Shown here one piece after another: positions 8,456 to 17,479 of a DNA stretch of 64,000 bases. Source of the DNA: an uncultured Lachnospiraceae bacterium (GTDB lineage Bacteria; Bacillota; Clostridia; Oscillospirales; CAG-272); NCBI GenBank assembly GCA_964653575.1, contig CAZZFP010000001.1, positions 36,600 to 100,599 on the forward strand, written 5' to 3'. The notes beneath the pieces were generated by a model. That model ran no database searches, was not told where the DNA came from, and saw only the letters and a program-made list of their open reading frames with translations. The first letter of the stretch is position 1, and each line of letters begins with the position of its first letter. The translations under genes and the position numbers were made by a program.

Positions 8456-9163
8456 TCAAACATTCCCCACAAATTCCTCGAATTTTGCCTTAGCCTCGGC
8501 ATATCGATTCTTTGCTATGATTACCTTGTCGCCGTTTTTCATGGTAAATGCGTATTTGTCCATCTTTGAAACAAACTCCATATTCACAATGAAGCTACGG
8601 TGCGAGCGATAGAAACGCACGTCCCCGAGCTGCTCGAACACGTCGGTCAATGATCCGACACAGGTCTTCACATCTCCCGCGCAATGCACATCGAGTTCCG
8701 TCCTGAACACCTCTATGTACCAAATCTGCGATATATTCACAGGAACCTTTTCGCCTTCTTTTGTTTTTAATACAATAGCCGGCTGTCTTTGGTACTTCTC
8801 GGTGATATGGCGGAATACGCCGCGCATCTTCTTCTTGGTTGGCGGTTTAAGAACATATCCCGCCGGGTAGGCACCGTAGGCTTCAAGTGCGTACTCCGCA
8901 GAGGATGTGTTAAAAACGATCTCTCCCGCATATCCTATCTGCCTTACCATACGAGCAAACTCCACACCGTTCACTCCCGCAACCGAGGTCTCGAGTATCA
9001 AAAGCTGATATTCTTCGCTCTGGATCGCTTTGTAAAGAGATTTGAAGCTGCGAAAGACGTCAACTGCTGTCTCAAGCGAGATCTCTTTGGCAAGCTCTTT
9101 TATGCAACCGGAAAGCTCCGCGGAGCCCGTCTCGGAATCGTCGCAAACAGCTATTCTGAACAT
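8456..9163 (-). CDS. LytTR-family response regulator, atypical receiver (Glu at acceptor position)
   Basis: The receiver domain has CDD, IVFNTSS and YVLKP motifs. The C-terminal LytTR-like domain reads (I.YIEV.....VH......C.GSL......L....F.R.HRSFIVN). The acceptor position reads LLILETS, with Glu58 at nt 8990-8992. Confidence 0.8.
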   Translation of the reverse strand: MFRIAVCDDSETGSAELSGCIKELAKEISLETAVDVFRSFKSLYKAIQSEEYQLLILETSVAGVNGVEFARMVRQIGYAGEIVFNTSSAEYALEAYGAYPAGYVLKPPTKKKMRGVFRHITEKYQRQPAIVLKTKEGEKVPVNISQIWYIEVFRTELDVHCAGDVKTCVGSLTDVFEQLGDVRFYRSHRSFIVNMEFVSKMDKYAFTMKNGDKVIIAKNRYAEAKAKFEEFVGNV

Positions 9164-9368
9164 TCTTACATCTCCGATACGTATTTCGTTCTATTCGCGC
9201 ATATTATATCACATAGCGAGCAATTATGCAATGTACAAAATGCACAAAATTGCATTTTTAGGCATACCATATAATCCCATATGCGGTTTTTTTAGGCTGA
9301 TTTTGTGTTTTTTTACAAAATTCTCGGTATTTTTATGCTTTATTGGCGATATTGCCAAGAGAAGCCGA

Positions 9369-11222
9369 TCAATATGCGCGAATCTCGTACACCGTAATCT
9401 TATCCGCTCCGTTGGTTGACAGGATATGTATCTCGGCGGTATCACACTCGGTAGGTTCGAAATCAAGGACGTTCTGCCTTTGATGATTGCCCTTTACCTC
9501 TATCTCGCGTACGATCTCGCCGTCTTTAACGAGCTTAACGGTATAGTCCTTTACGAGCTCTGCGGGAACGCCTATTCTCTGCTGACCCTGACGATTTGCC
9601 GACATCGTGACTCTGATAGGATATCTGAAGTCGGAATCAAACGTAAGTCTGAGCTGTTTGAGCGTTTTTGTTCCCTCAAGCTTCATTGTAATGGTCTCGC
9701 CGTTCTCGGAGATGCCGTCAGACACCCAAGCATTGAGATCTGCGCCGAGCTTTCTCGAAATTCCGTTTACGACGTTTGCGGGCTCTCCGCCCATGATATG
9801 CGAAGAAGCGGTAAACGATGCGCTCCTTGCCATATCCTTTTCATCCTCATTTTTAAAGCCGGGAAGGAAGCAGTCATCCTTCATAAGAATCTGCTGAAGT
9901 TCGCCGACGTGGGGCGCAAGCTCTCTCGGGTCGCAATCATACTTCTTGCAAAGTGCCGCCGCGGTACCTACTGCCTGACCGCCGATAGCGCAGCAGGCGA
10001 TTATTCTCGTGCTGGCAAGTCCGAGCTTTGTTGTGCTTATGTCTCTGCCCGCCATAAAGAGGTTATCTATATTTTTGGAGTAATATGAACGATAAGGGAT
10101 CGTATAAACGCCGAGGAAGTGATGACAATCGCTCGGAAGGACATCAAAATCAAGGAGTCCGTGAGGTGCGTGAAGGTCGATGCACCAACCGCCGTACGCC
10201 ACGGCATCATCAAATATCTTATGATCGAGAATATCGCTCTCACTGAGGACGTAATCACCCATAAGTCTGCGGCTCTCTCTCATACCCGGAAGTGCGCCGA
10301 CCCACTCGAGCGTATAGTTTTCCGCGCCGTGGTCTCCGCCGTTCTTAATATGATCCCAAATGCCGTATGCGTATGCCATAAGGTCGTCTCTTATGGTTTC
10401 AAAATCGGGGATGATATCGTCACCGTCTCCCATAAGCTCGAGCCACCAATAACCGTAATCGACTGCGGCACAGCTGAATGCGGAGAGTCTGAGCCATTCC
10501 TGCGGGTCGGGTGCCATACTTGAATCGACTTTCATAGTCTTTGAGTGCACTCTGTACCTGAGCTGTTCCTCGGTCAGATGCTTTGCGAAAGAAGGCGGAG
10601 TGAATTTAACGGGATGACCGACGTTTACGGCCTTCATAAGGATGGTGTTACCCATTCTCTCGTTATTGGGCTTTTCCGGAGCGTGCGGCTCGCCCGTCTG
10701 CGCCTGCGACTCGCTTCCCTGCCTGTACTCTGCGCCTGCGTAATATCCGAGCGTACCGTTACCCGTTGCATCGACAAAAATATCGGCATTGAATTTGTAA
10801 CGCATTTCCGTCGTTTCCTGGAAGCAGTTTATGGAGGTAATACGGTTTCCGTCCGTCTCGCAATCGTACATAGAGGTATTTAAATATAATGTAAGATTTT
10901 TTTCCTCCTTTGCCTTTTGATGGAGGACCATATCCCAGATCGAATAGTTAAAGAAATCGTTTTGACTTTTGTTTTCAAGCATAAGCTCATAGAGAAGTCC
11001 CGTTTCTTCATAATCGGGTTGTTTCAAGCTTTGGCAAGCTCCCGAGATATGTATTCTTATCTCACTCGACGCATTTCCGCCAAGGACAGGTCTTGCGTGA
11101 ACGAGCGCGGTCTTAGCTCCGTGTCTTGCCGCGGAGATTGCCGCACACAAGCCGGACATTCCGCCGCCGACTACCAAGACTTCATACGATTCTTCTCTGA
11201 ATCTTTCCTGAACTCTTTTCAT
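9369..11222 (-). CDS. FAD-dependent oxidoreductase (PF12831-like) with C-terminal beta-rich domain
   Basis: Dinucleotide-binding motif YEVLVVGGGMSGLCAAISAARHGAKTALV. The family is often linked to glycan use. The start is probably the ATG at 11222; the listed start at 11258 is TTG. Confidence 0.75.
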   Translation of the reverse strand: MKRVQERFREESYEVLVVGGGMSGLCAAISAARHGAKTALVHARPVLGGNASSEIRIHISGACQSLKQPDYEETGLLYELMLENKSQNDFFNYSIWDMVLHQKAKEEKNLTLYLNTSMYDCETDGNRITSINCFQETTEMRYKFNADIFVDATGNGTLGYYAGAEYRQGSESQAQTGEPHAPEKPNNERMGNTILMKAVNVGHPVKFTPPSFAKHLTEEQLRYRVHSKTMKVDSSMAPDPQEWLRLSAFSCAAVDYGYWWLELMGDGDDIIPDFETIRDDLMAYAYGIWDHIKNGGDHGAENYTLEWVGALPGMRESRRLMGDYVLSESDILDHKIFDDAVAYGGWCIDLHAPHGLLDFDVLPSDCHHFLGVYTIPYRSYYSKNIDNLFMAGRDISTTKLGLASTRIIACCAIGGQAVGTAAALCKKYDCDPRELAPHVGELQQILMKDDCFLPGFKNEDEKDMARSASFTASSHIMGGEPANVVNGISRKLGADLNAWVSDGISENGETITMKLEGTKTLKQLRLTFDSDFRYPIRVTMSANRQGQQRIGVPAELVKDYTVKLVKDGEIVREIEVKGNHQRQNVLDFEPTECDTAEIHILSTNGADKITVYEIRAY

Positions 11223-11343
11223 ATCTATCTTATTTCCTTTCACGGTTTTTGCACACAATTATGCGTTGTACTGATTATATCACAAATTCAATAATAAATC
11301 AACATTTTTTCGGTAAAAAAGAAAAAGCGGACAAATGCAAACA

Positions 11344-11373
11344 GCGGACGGCGCGCTAAAAGGCGCCGTCCGC
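11344..11373 (-). terminator. stem-loop downstream of the DAC-like gene
   Basis: Perfect 11-bp arms GCGGACGGCGC / GCGCCGTCCGC with an 8-nt loop. The U-run on the minus strand is only moderate (TGTTTGCATTT). Confidence 0.5.
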
Positions 11374-11396
11374 AAAAATACGTAAAATATGATCGA

Positions 11397-12917
11397 TCAA
11401 TTAATGGAAAAGGCAACGTAGGCTTCCTTATCCTTACATCTATATGCCGTAATATCGCCGTCGGCGGATATTTTGATCCCCATACCGAGCTTTGCTATGG
11501 AGCGCGCGGCAAGTGTTCTGCCGCCTGTTCCGCCGCCCTCGACCTTAACTATCGTTCCGACGGTTATAAATCTGCCGCTCGCGTCGATCAGCATAGCTCC
11601 ATCGAACGCGGCACATTCCATTCTCAGCTTACGGTTTGTCAATACAAAATCTCTCGGCTTCTTATCGTACCATATCAAGCTCGCAAGCGCAAGCTTACGC
11701 TCCGCATCGCTGTCCGTTACTCTGCCTATGTCATCCGTTTCGATCTCGTACTTACCTGCAAGATAATCCTCGTACACGATCTTATTTTTATCTATAAGGC
11801 GTGATACTGCCGACGTATTTTTTATGATACCGAGGCATCCGCCGGTGTAGGAAAATGAAACATCTATAAGGGTCTTATATATTTCTTTTGCAAGGCGGCT
11901 GTATTCCCACATTTTCGTTCTATCCGCATCCGGATCGTCCTCAGACAGAAAAGCCGTGATATCGTCAATAACGCTTACAGGATCAAAAAAGCTCCATTCA
12001 TCGTTACGCTTGCCGAATATCAGAGCCGAATCCTTTATGATGAGTATATCGCCGGACTCAAGTGAAATTATTCCGATCTTATTATCGCGGCATACAGAGG
12101 CGAAACCGGCGTATTTATAAGGCGCCAGCATTTTGTTTGCCATATTCGCGACGCTTTGCTCTGACCCGTCATCCGTGACCTCATCCGTCTTGAGATCCGG
12201 ATAATCGTAATCACTGCCGTCGTACATAGTGTAGAGGCTTTTTATCAGCTTCCCGTTTTTATCAAGATAGACCGACGAAAATACTCCGTCCGAAACGAGC
12301 GCGCTGTTTCGGTTGTTCAGAAAGCCGATATAATCCATCGATCCGCATTCCAGCTCTTTATCAATTATAACGCCGAATGAAAAGTGCTTCCCCTCGTAGG
12401 TCTTTCGCGTCCAATTGTCAAGCTTGTGCAGTAGCCTGAAAATGGTAAGTCCGCAAGCATCCGTCCCGCCGAGCCAGCTCGAGAGCCCCTTTTCAAAGGC
12501 AATATCCGTTATAGATTCAAGATAGATATAGTTATCGTCAAACAGTCTGTCAAGGAGCTGAGCGTATCCGCCCGAAGCGCTCTCCTCGTATTCGTATATA
12601 CTTTTAGGAGAGGTCACGGATACTATCTCGGCAAGGATCGCCTCGGTCGCTCGAAAAACGTAATTCTTGCCCGCCGGCAAAAGTATATCTACGGTAAATG
12701 CGGGATTTTTCTTCTGCGGTACTATCGTAAGCATTCCGCTCGCCTTATCATAGTTGACCAAACGATTATATTGAGACTCTTCCCTTTTTCTTGTAATATG
12801 ATCCGAAAGCGCCGAGCCCTTGATTCTTATCGGCAGCAAAGGGATTATATATTTTTTCATAATAAAGCTGAATTCGCGCACTATCGCTTTATATCCATCG
12901 TCCGAAATATATATCAT
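11397..12917 (-). CDS. uncharacterised protein with C-terminal DisA_N/diadenylate-cyclase-like fold (RHR motif lost)
   Basis: The C-terminal ~150 aa read YTGGCLGIIK...AAFDGAMLIDASGRFITVGTIV...GGGTGGRTLAARSIAKLGMGIKISADGDITAY. These align by eye to GALIVI...HDGAVII...GTRHRAA...IVVSEETG.IS of CdaA/DisA. DGA is kept, and RHR is replaced by RTL. No family recognised for the N-terminal ~330 aa. Confidence 0.5.
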   Translation of the reverse strand: MIYISDDGYKAIVREFSFIMKKYIIPLLPIRIKGSALSDHITRKREESQYNRLVNYDKASGMLTIVPQKKNPAFTVDILLPAGKNYVFRATEAILAEIVSVTSPKSIYEYEESASGGYAQLLDRLFDDNYIYLESITDIAFEKGLSSWLGGTDACGLTIFRLLHKLDNWTRKTYEGKHFSFGVIIDKELECGSMDYIGFLNNRNSALVSDGVFSSVYLDKNGKLIKSLYTMYDGSDYDYPDLKTDEVTDDGSEQSVANMANKMLAPYKYAGFASVCRDNKIGIISLESGDILIIKDSALIFGKRNDEWSFFDPVSVIDDITAFLSEDDPDADRTKMWEYSRLAKEIYKTLIDVSFSYTGGCLGIIKNTSAVSRLIDKNKIVYEDYLAGKYEIETDDIGRVTDSDAERKLALASLIWYDKKPRDFVLTNRKLRMECAAFDGAMLIDASGRFITVGTIVKVEGGGTGGRTLAARSIAKLGMGIKISADGDITAYRCKDKEAYVAFSIN

Positions 12918-12950
12918 CTACCGTTTTCCTTTGCGTGAAATTAACACTTT

Positions 12951-13889
12951 TTACTGACCCTGCGTCTTGTTTTTTACGAATATAACCGCAGATTTCGGGT
13001 TTTGAGGATCCTCAACAATCTTTTTACTGTCAAAGAGGTCGAGACTCGTAATAAAGGTTATCATCTTTGAAAATCCGTAGTTTCGCTGATCAAAATCCGG
13101 ATAACGCTTCCTGAGTACGTTTCCGACGTCGCTTAAAAGTATCCATCCGTCGTCATCATCCTCCGCAAGCTCATCGGCTATCATAACAATTGCGTTTTTG
13201 ATGGTATCGATATCGGTAACGGAGGTTTCGTCATCGTCCAGTGAAACACCGGCAATAAGATCGTTGACAGCGTCAGATACCGTAATATGTGCCTGAGCAT
13301 CCACCGCAGGCTTGGAGCCGGTTTTCTTTTCGGTCTTTTGACGAGCCTTCTCGCTTTTTTCCGCTTTTTCGTTCTTCGTATTTTTATCGTTTCTTTCGAC
13401 TTTACCCGATCTTTCGGAAGGCGAATTTTTCTCGGACGCTTTCAGTATCTTATCAATGTAGATAAAACGATCACACGCCGAAACGAACGGACGCGGAGTT
13501 TTTTGCTCACCCATACCTATGACAGTCATTCCCGACTCACGGAGTCTTGAAGAAAGCCTTGTAAAGTCACTGTCGGACGAGGCGATGCAAAAACCATCGA
13601 CCTTCCCCGAATAAAGTATATCCATCGCGTCTATTATCATTGCCGAATCCGTAGCGTTTTTTCCTACCGTATAGCTATATTGCTGCATAGGCGTTACGGA
13701 ATGTTCCAAAAGCACCTGTTTCCAAGGAGCGAGAGTCGGAGAGGTCCAATCGCCGTATATTCTTTTATATGTTGCGACACCCTCCTTAGATATCTCGTCA
13801 AGTATTATTTTTATATATTTTGAACCGATATTGTCGGCATCTATCAGTATTGCAAATTTGAGATCGTTACCGCTTTTTGACATACGCAT
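12951..13889 (-). CDS. NYN/LabA-like nuclease domain protein with C-terminal OST-HTH (LOTUS) domain
   Basis: The N-terminus reads FAILIDADN...YGDW....L..W........P.QQ.....GKNATDSAMIIDAMD....GKVDGFCIASSDSDFT.L..RLRE.G..V.G.G, the LabA/NYN signature. A Lys/Glu-rich linker follows. The C-terminus (GWILLSDVGN.LRKRYPDFDQRNYGF.KM..F) fits an OST-HTH domain. Confidence 0.8.
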   Translation of the reverse strand: MRMSKSGNDLKFAILIDADNIGSKYIKIILDEISKEGVATYKRIYGDWTSPTLAPWKQVLLEHSVTPMQQYSYTVGKNATDSAMIIDAMDILYSGKVDGFCIASSDSDFTRLSSRLRESGMTVIGMGEQKTPRPFVSACDRFIYIDKILKASEKNSPSERSGKVERNDKNTKNEKAEKSEKARQKTEKKTGSKPAVDAQAHITVSDAVNDLIAGVSLDDDETSVTDIDTIKNAIVMIADELAEDDDDGWILLSDVGNVLRKRYPDFDQRNYGFSKMITFITSLDLFDSKKIVEDPQNPKSAVIFVKNKTQGQ

Positions 13890-13932
13890 CTCCTTTCATT
13901 TTTAACCTTTAATGCTTCGCATATGCGACTAT

Positions 13933-14874
13933 TTAAAAATTACCGTAATCGCCAAGGAAGTTTTTCTTTGTCTCTTCATCGGCATTTATACCCGCATCAT
14001 AAAGTGCTTCAACCGCGCAACCGTAAACAGGCGGAACAGTGGACATAATCACGTTTATCTGCTCGGGGCACGCCGCTTTTACCGCCTCAACATATTCGGG
14101 AAAATGCGCGAATATACCGCCATTGAGCACCATATCAAACGGCTTTCCCATTTTTCTGTAAGCCGAAAATGCCACGTCTCCGAGCTCCTTTGCGCACAGG
14201 TTGAATATATTATTGGCAACCGTATCACCGAGCCTTCTTGCCTCGAATACACACTCGGCAAACGACGCGATATATGGTCTACCCTCGGAATATATATGTA
14301 CATAATCCTCCCAAACGGTCTTACCGATCTTTTTTTCGATAAGCTCGGTAAGCACGGTAGGCTGTTCCCTTCCGTCTTGCGCACGGCAAACGGCTCTCAG
14401 CGCCATACAGCCGAGAACATATCCGCTTCCGCAGCTGTCGATGAGCGGTCCCCAGCCTCCCGTATGACTGTATTCCTCGCCTTTTCTGAAGTACAGAGCC
14501 GAACCGGTACCGCATATCATTGACGCGCCATCGACGTGTCCGAGCATACCCGAAATAAGGCAGGGGCCGTCGCCCTCGACTCTGATCTTGCCGACGTTAA
14601 GATTATCCCTAAACCATTCCGCAAGAGCATCTCCGTAGTATTCAACCGCGGCTACGGAGCCGTAAAGAGTTTCGACCGTGCCGTCCTTTGCGCTTTCGAA
14701 GAGCTCATTCAGTACTCCGAGATAATGCACCTTGGCATTGTCAAATCCGCGATCGACGGGATTGCCCCCCTTAGCCAAAATTCTCGACACTATATGACCG
14801 TCCTCGGTGACAAGCACCGCGTCAAGCTTTGATCCGCCCACGTCAAATCCCGCGTAATATTTTTTTTGCGACAT
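13933..14874 (-). CDS. BadF/BadG/BcrA/BcrD-type ATPase (N-acetylglucosamine-kinase-like)
   Basis: YYAGFDVGGSKLDAVLV phosphate-1 motif, CGTGS and GGWGPLIDSCGSGY motifs of the ASKHA sugar-kinase family. Confidence 0.75.
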   Translation of the reverse strand: MSQKKYYAGFDVGGSKLDAVLVTEDGHIVSRILAKGGNPVDRGFDNAKVHYLGVLNELFESAKDGTVETLYGSVAAVEYYGDALAEWFRDNLNVGKIRVEGDGPCLISGMLGHVDGASMICGTGSALYFRKGEEYSHTGGWGPLIDSCGSGYVLGCMALRAVCRAQDGREQPTVLTELIEKKIGKTVWEDYVHIYSEGRPYIASFAECVFEARRLGDTVANNIFNLCAKELGDVAFSAYRKMGKPFDMVLNGGIFAHFPEYVEAVKAACPEQINVIMSTVPPVYGCAVEALYDAGINADEETKKNFLGDYGNF

Positions 14875-15035
14875 ATTATGAGTATTCCTTTCGATTTTAA
14901 TATTCGATTTGAATTTTATTTTATCTTGATTTTGTTTTTTCGAGCGATACGCACCCGACGTAAATAAGTATCAATAAAATTATACCACATATTGAAATTA
15001 TGTCAAGTAAAAAAGCCTCAAAAAGCAGATCTTGC

Positions 15036-15064
15036 TTGACTTTGACCCATCAATGATGTATAAT
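15036..15064 (+). promoter_or_regulatory. sigma-A-type promoter
   Basis: TTGACT (15036-15041), a 17-nt spacer, then TATAAT (15059-15064), upstream of the NUDIX gene. Confidence 0.55.
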
Positions 15065-15105
15065 ATGAGCGTAATACAAACACCGATGCGGAAGGAGAGC
15101 CATAT

Positions 15106-15573
15106 ATGAAGCAGACCACATTATGCTATATTGAAAAAGACGATAAGTATCTTATGCTTCATCGAATAAAGAAAGAAAATGACGAGAACCACGACAAATG
15201 GATAGGCGTCGGCGGAAAATTTGAGGACGGCGAAAGCCCCGAAGATTGTATGCTGCGCGAGGTTCTTGAAGAGACGGGGCTTACGGTGACCGATTGGAAA
15301 TATTGCGGCATCGTGACCTTTGTGTCGGATATATGCGAATGCCAGCATATGCACCTGTTTAAATGTACGGAGTTTTCGGGAGAAATACGCGAATGTGACG
15401 AGGGAGTGCTCGAGTGGATCAAAAAGAGCGAGCTGTTAAGGCTTCCTATGTGGGAGGGGGATGCTATATTTTTAAAGCTTCTCGATTCCGACCGTCCGTT
15501 CTTTTCATTGAAGCTCAGCTACCGCCGCGACACGTTAATCGGCGCCGTACTTGACGGCAAGGCGATAAAATAG
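15106..15573 (+). CDS. NUDIX hydrolase (MutT-like)
   Basis: Nudix box GVGGKFEDGESPEDCMLREVLEETGL. GGAGAG RBS upstream. Confidence 0.85.
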   Translation: MKQTTLCYIEKDDKYLMLHRIKKENDENHDKWIGVGGKFEDGESPEDCMLREVLEETGLTVTDWKYCGIVTFVSDICECQHMHLFKCTEFSGEIRECDEGVLEWIKKSELLRLPMWEGDAIFLKLLDSDRPFFSLKLSYRRDTLIGAVLDGKAIK

Positions 15574-15595
15574 GTCTATCAAAATATTTTCAAAA

Positions 15596-15632
15596 AGCGG
15601 GTGCGCGGTATGTATTTTCCGCGTCACCCGCT
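15596..15632 (-). terminator. rho-independent terminator of the DD-carboxypeptidase gene
   Basis: Arms AGCGGGTGCGCGG / CCGCGTCACCCGCT, followed by a T-run when read on the minus strand (TTTTTG). Confidence 0.6.
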
Positions 15633-15636
15633 ATGC

Positions 15637-16593
15637 TTATGCCGCAACGGCATATATTCTGTCTATCAAGGTCAGCATATCGTCAAACCTTGTATCCGTA
15701 CTCTTTGACGAGAATACTCCGACGATATAAGTTCTTTCTGATATCTCGACCGAGCATATAAGACTGTAATTTCCGCGTCCGAGGGAGCCGGTTTTCAGCC
15801 CCGTTACGTATGGACTGTAATACTTGCTGTCTTTGTCGAGCATAAGATTGGTATTTTTCCAATGATTGTTATGTCCGCTCGCATACACAACATCGTCCTC
15901 GGGCATTGCGGCATACTTACGGATAATATCGTTTTCATAGGCAAGACTTGATATTATGGCAATATCCTCCACGGTCGAATAATGTCCCTCATCCGAGTAT
16001 CCGTCGGGAGTCAGAAAGCGGCTTCCGCAAAGACCTATCTCCTTTGCGTAATCATTCATTCCTTCCATAAAAACATTAACCGCTTGCTCGCCGCTTATTT
16101 CTCCCTCTCCCGAATAAAGCTGTTTGCCTGCTGCCGCCGCAAGCGCATATGCGGCATCATTTCCCGACGGAATGAGCATCCCTTCGATAAGCATCTCGAC
16201 CGTCAGAGTATGTGATGAATTTACATATGCAACAGATGACCCATTCGGAACCAAAGATATCTCATCCCCGGGAGTTACAAGCTCATCCGGTTCAAGCAAG
16301 GTAAGCGCATATAGTATGGTCAAGAGCTTGGTCGTGCTTGCGGGGTAAAGCACTCTGTCGGCACCTTTAAGGTAGGTAAAACCGCCCGCGTTAAGATCGT
16401 AGACGAACGCCTGCTCCGAGGATATCTCGACATATTCGTCGTTGCTTATACAGGGAATATATCCCACGGAACCGACGTCGTGCAAAACAGCTTCGGGACG
16501 CTTTTGAGTACAAGAGACAAACAGAATCGCAAGGCAAAGCATCAAGACGCAAAACGACAGACCGCTCCTCAGAAAATTAGGCTTATATTTCAA
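15637..16593 (-). CDS. D-alanyl-D-alanine carboxypeptidase (peptidase S11)
   Basis: Signal/anchor sequence, then SxxK (PASTTKLLT), SxN (PSGNDAA) and KTG (LKTGS) motifs. Confidence 0.85.
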   Translation of the reverse strand: MKYKPNFLRSGLSFCVLMLCLAILFVSCTQKRPEAVLHDVGSVGYIPCISNDEYVEISSEQAFVYDLNAGGFTYLKGADRVLYPASTTKLLTILYALTLLEPDELVTPGDEISLVPNGSSVAYVNSSHTLTVEMLIEGMLIPSGNDAAYALAAAAGKQLYSGEGEISGEQAVNVFMEGMNDYAKEIGLCGSRFLTPDGYSDEGHYSTVEDIAIISSLAYENDIIRKYAAMPEDDVVYASGHNNHWKNTNLMLDKDSKYYSPYVTGLKTGSLGRGNYSLICSVEISERTYIVGVFSSKSTDTRFDDMLTLIDRIYAVAA

Positions 16594-16756
16594 TCAAAGC
16601 ACCTCCGTTCGAATATGTCAGGTAGTTCAAATAGTACAGATTTATTGTATCACACTCTCAGCAATATTGCAAGTACAAATATGAAATTTTTCAAAAAATA
16701 TATGAAGCCTCAGGCAATACACCGCCCATTATCCGACAAAGCTTTTGCCTCAAGTA

Positions 16757-16785
16757 TTGACTTTTATTACATATTGTATTATAAT
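16757..16785 (+). promoter_or_regulatory. sigma-A-type promoter of queT
   Basis: TTGACT (16757-16762), a 17-nt spacer, then TATAAT (16780-16785). Confidence 0.55.
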
Positions 16786-16857
16786 ATACGTCGGACTTTC
16801 GCCGTTTTATGCTCGCATACTTTGATATCGGGCTTTTTTGTGCGCCAAGTCTTTAAA

Positions 16858-16900
16858 ACAGTGAGTTCGTAACCATCCTCACTCGAAACAAAACTAAGGA
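16858..16900 (+). promoter_or_regulatory. preQ1-I riboswitch (translational type)
   Basis: P1 is GUGAG (16861-16865) / CUCAC (16878-16882). The loop is UUCGUAACCAUC and the A-rich tail is UCGAAACAAAACUAAGGAG, which ends in the Shine-Dalgarno sequence. Compare B. subtilis AGAGG-UUCUAGCUACA-CCUCU-AUAAAAAACUAAGG. The downstream gene is a QueT-type transporter. Confidence 0.8.
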
Positions 16901-16909
16901 GAACACAAA

Positions 16910-17419
16910 ATGAAAAGATCACACATCGCAGAAAAAACACAGTATCTGTGCCTTTGCGCGGTCATCGCCGCATTGTACGTCGTTTTGACATTGATAAGCT
17001 ACGCCCTGGGACTTGCAAATCTCGCAATACAGGTAAGAATATCCGAGGCGCTGTGCGTACTCGTATGCTTCACCCCGGCGGCAATACCCGGAGTAACACT
17101 CGGATGCCTTTTATCAAATTTCATTATGGGACTGCCGTTACCCGACATCGTATTCGGAACGCTTGCAAGCTTTATCGGAGTACTCATAGGCGCCCTGCTG
17201 AAAAAGCACGCATGGGCTGTACCGATACCGATCGTACTCGCCAACGCTTTGATAATTCCCTTTGTGCTTAAATACGCATACGGACTTGACGGCACGGTCA
17301 TATTTTTTATGATAACCGTCGGACTCGGAGAAATTGTGTCCGCGGGATTGTTTGGCACTGTACTTTTCAAGGCTCTCAAAAAAAGCCATATATTCGGACA
17401 TAGATTAACGAAAAAGTGA
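16910..17419 (+). CDS. queT: queuosine-precursor transporter QueT (ECF S-component type)
   Basis: 169-aa polytopic membrane protein of QueT size and character. It lies directly behind a preQ1-I riboswitch. Confidence 0.75.
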   Translation: MKRSHIAEKTQYLCLCAVIAALYVVLTLISYALGLANLAIQVRISEALCVLVCFTPAAIPGVTLGCLLSNFIMGLPLPDIVFGTLASFIGVLIGALLKKHAWAVPIPIVLANALIIPFVLKYAYGLDGTVIFFMITVGLGEIVSAGLFGTVLFKALKKSHIFGHRLTKK

Positions 17420-17432
17420 TACCAAAAGCACA

Positions 17433-17475
17433 AAAGATCGACAAGCAAATCAATGGCAAGTCGATCTTTTTTATT
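17433..17475. terminator. bidirectional terminator
   Basis: Arms AAAGATCGAC (17433-17442) / GTCGATCTTT (17460-17469), then TTTTTTATTTTTG. It lies between convergent queT and the kinase gene. Confidence 0.6.
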
Positions 17476-17479
17476 TTTG

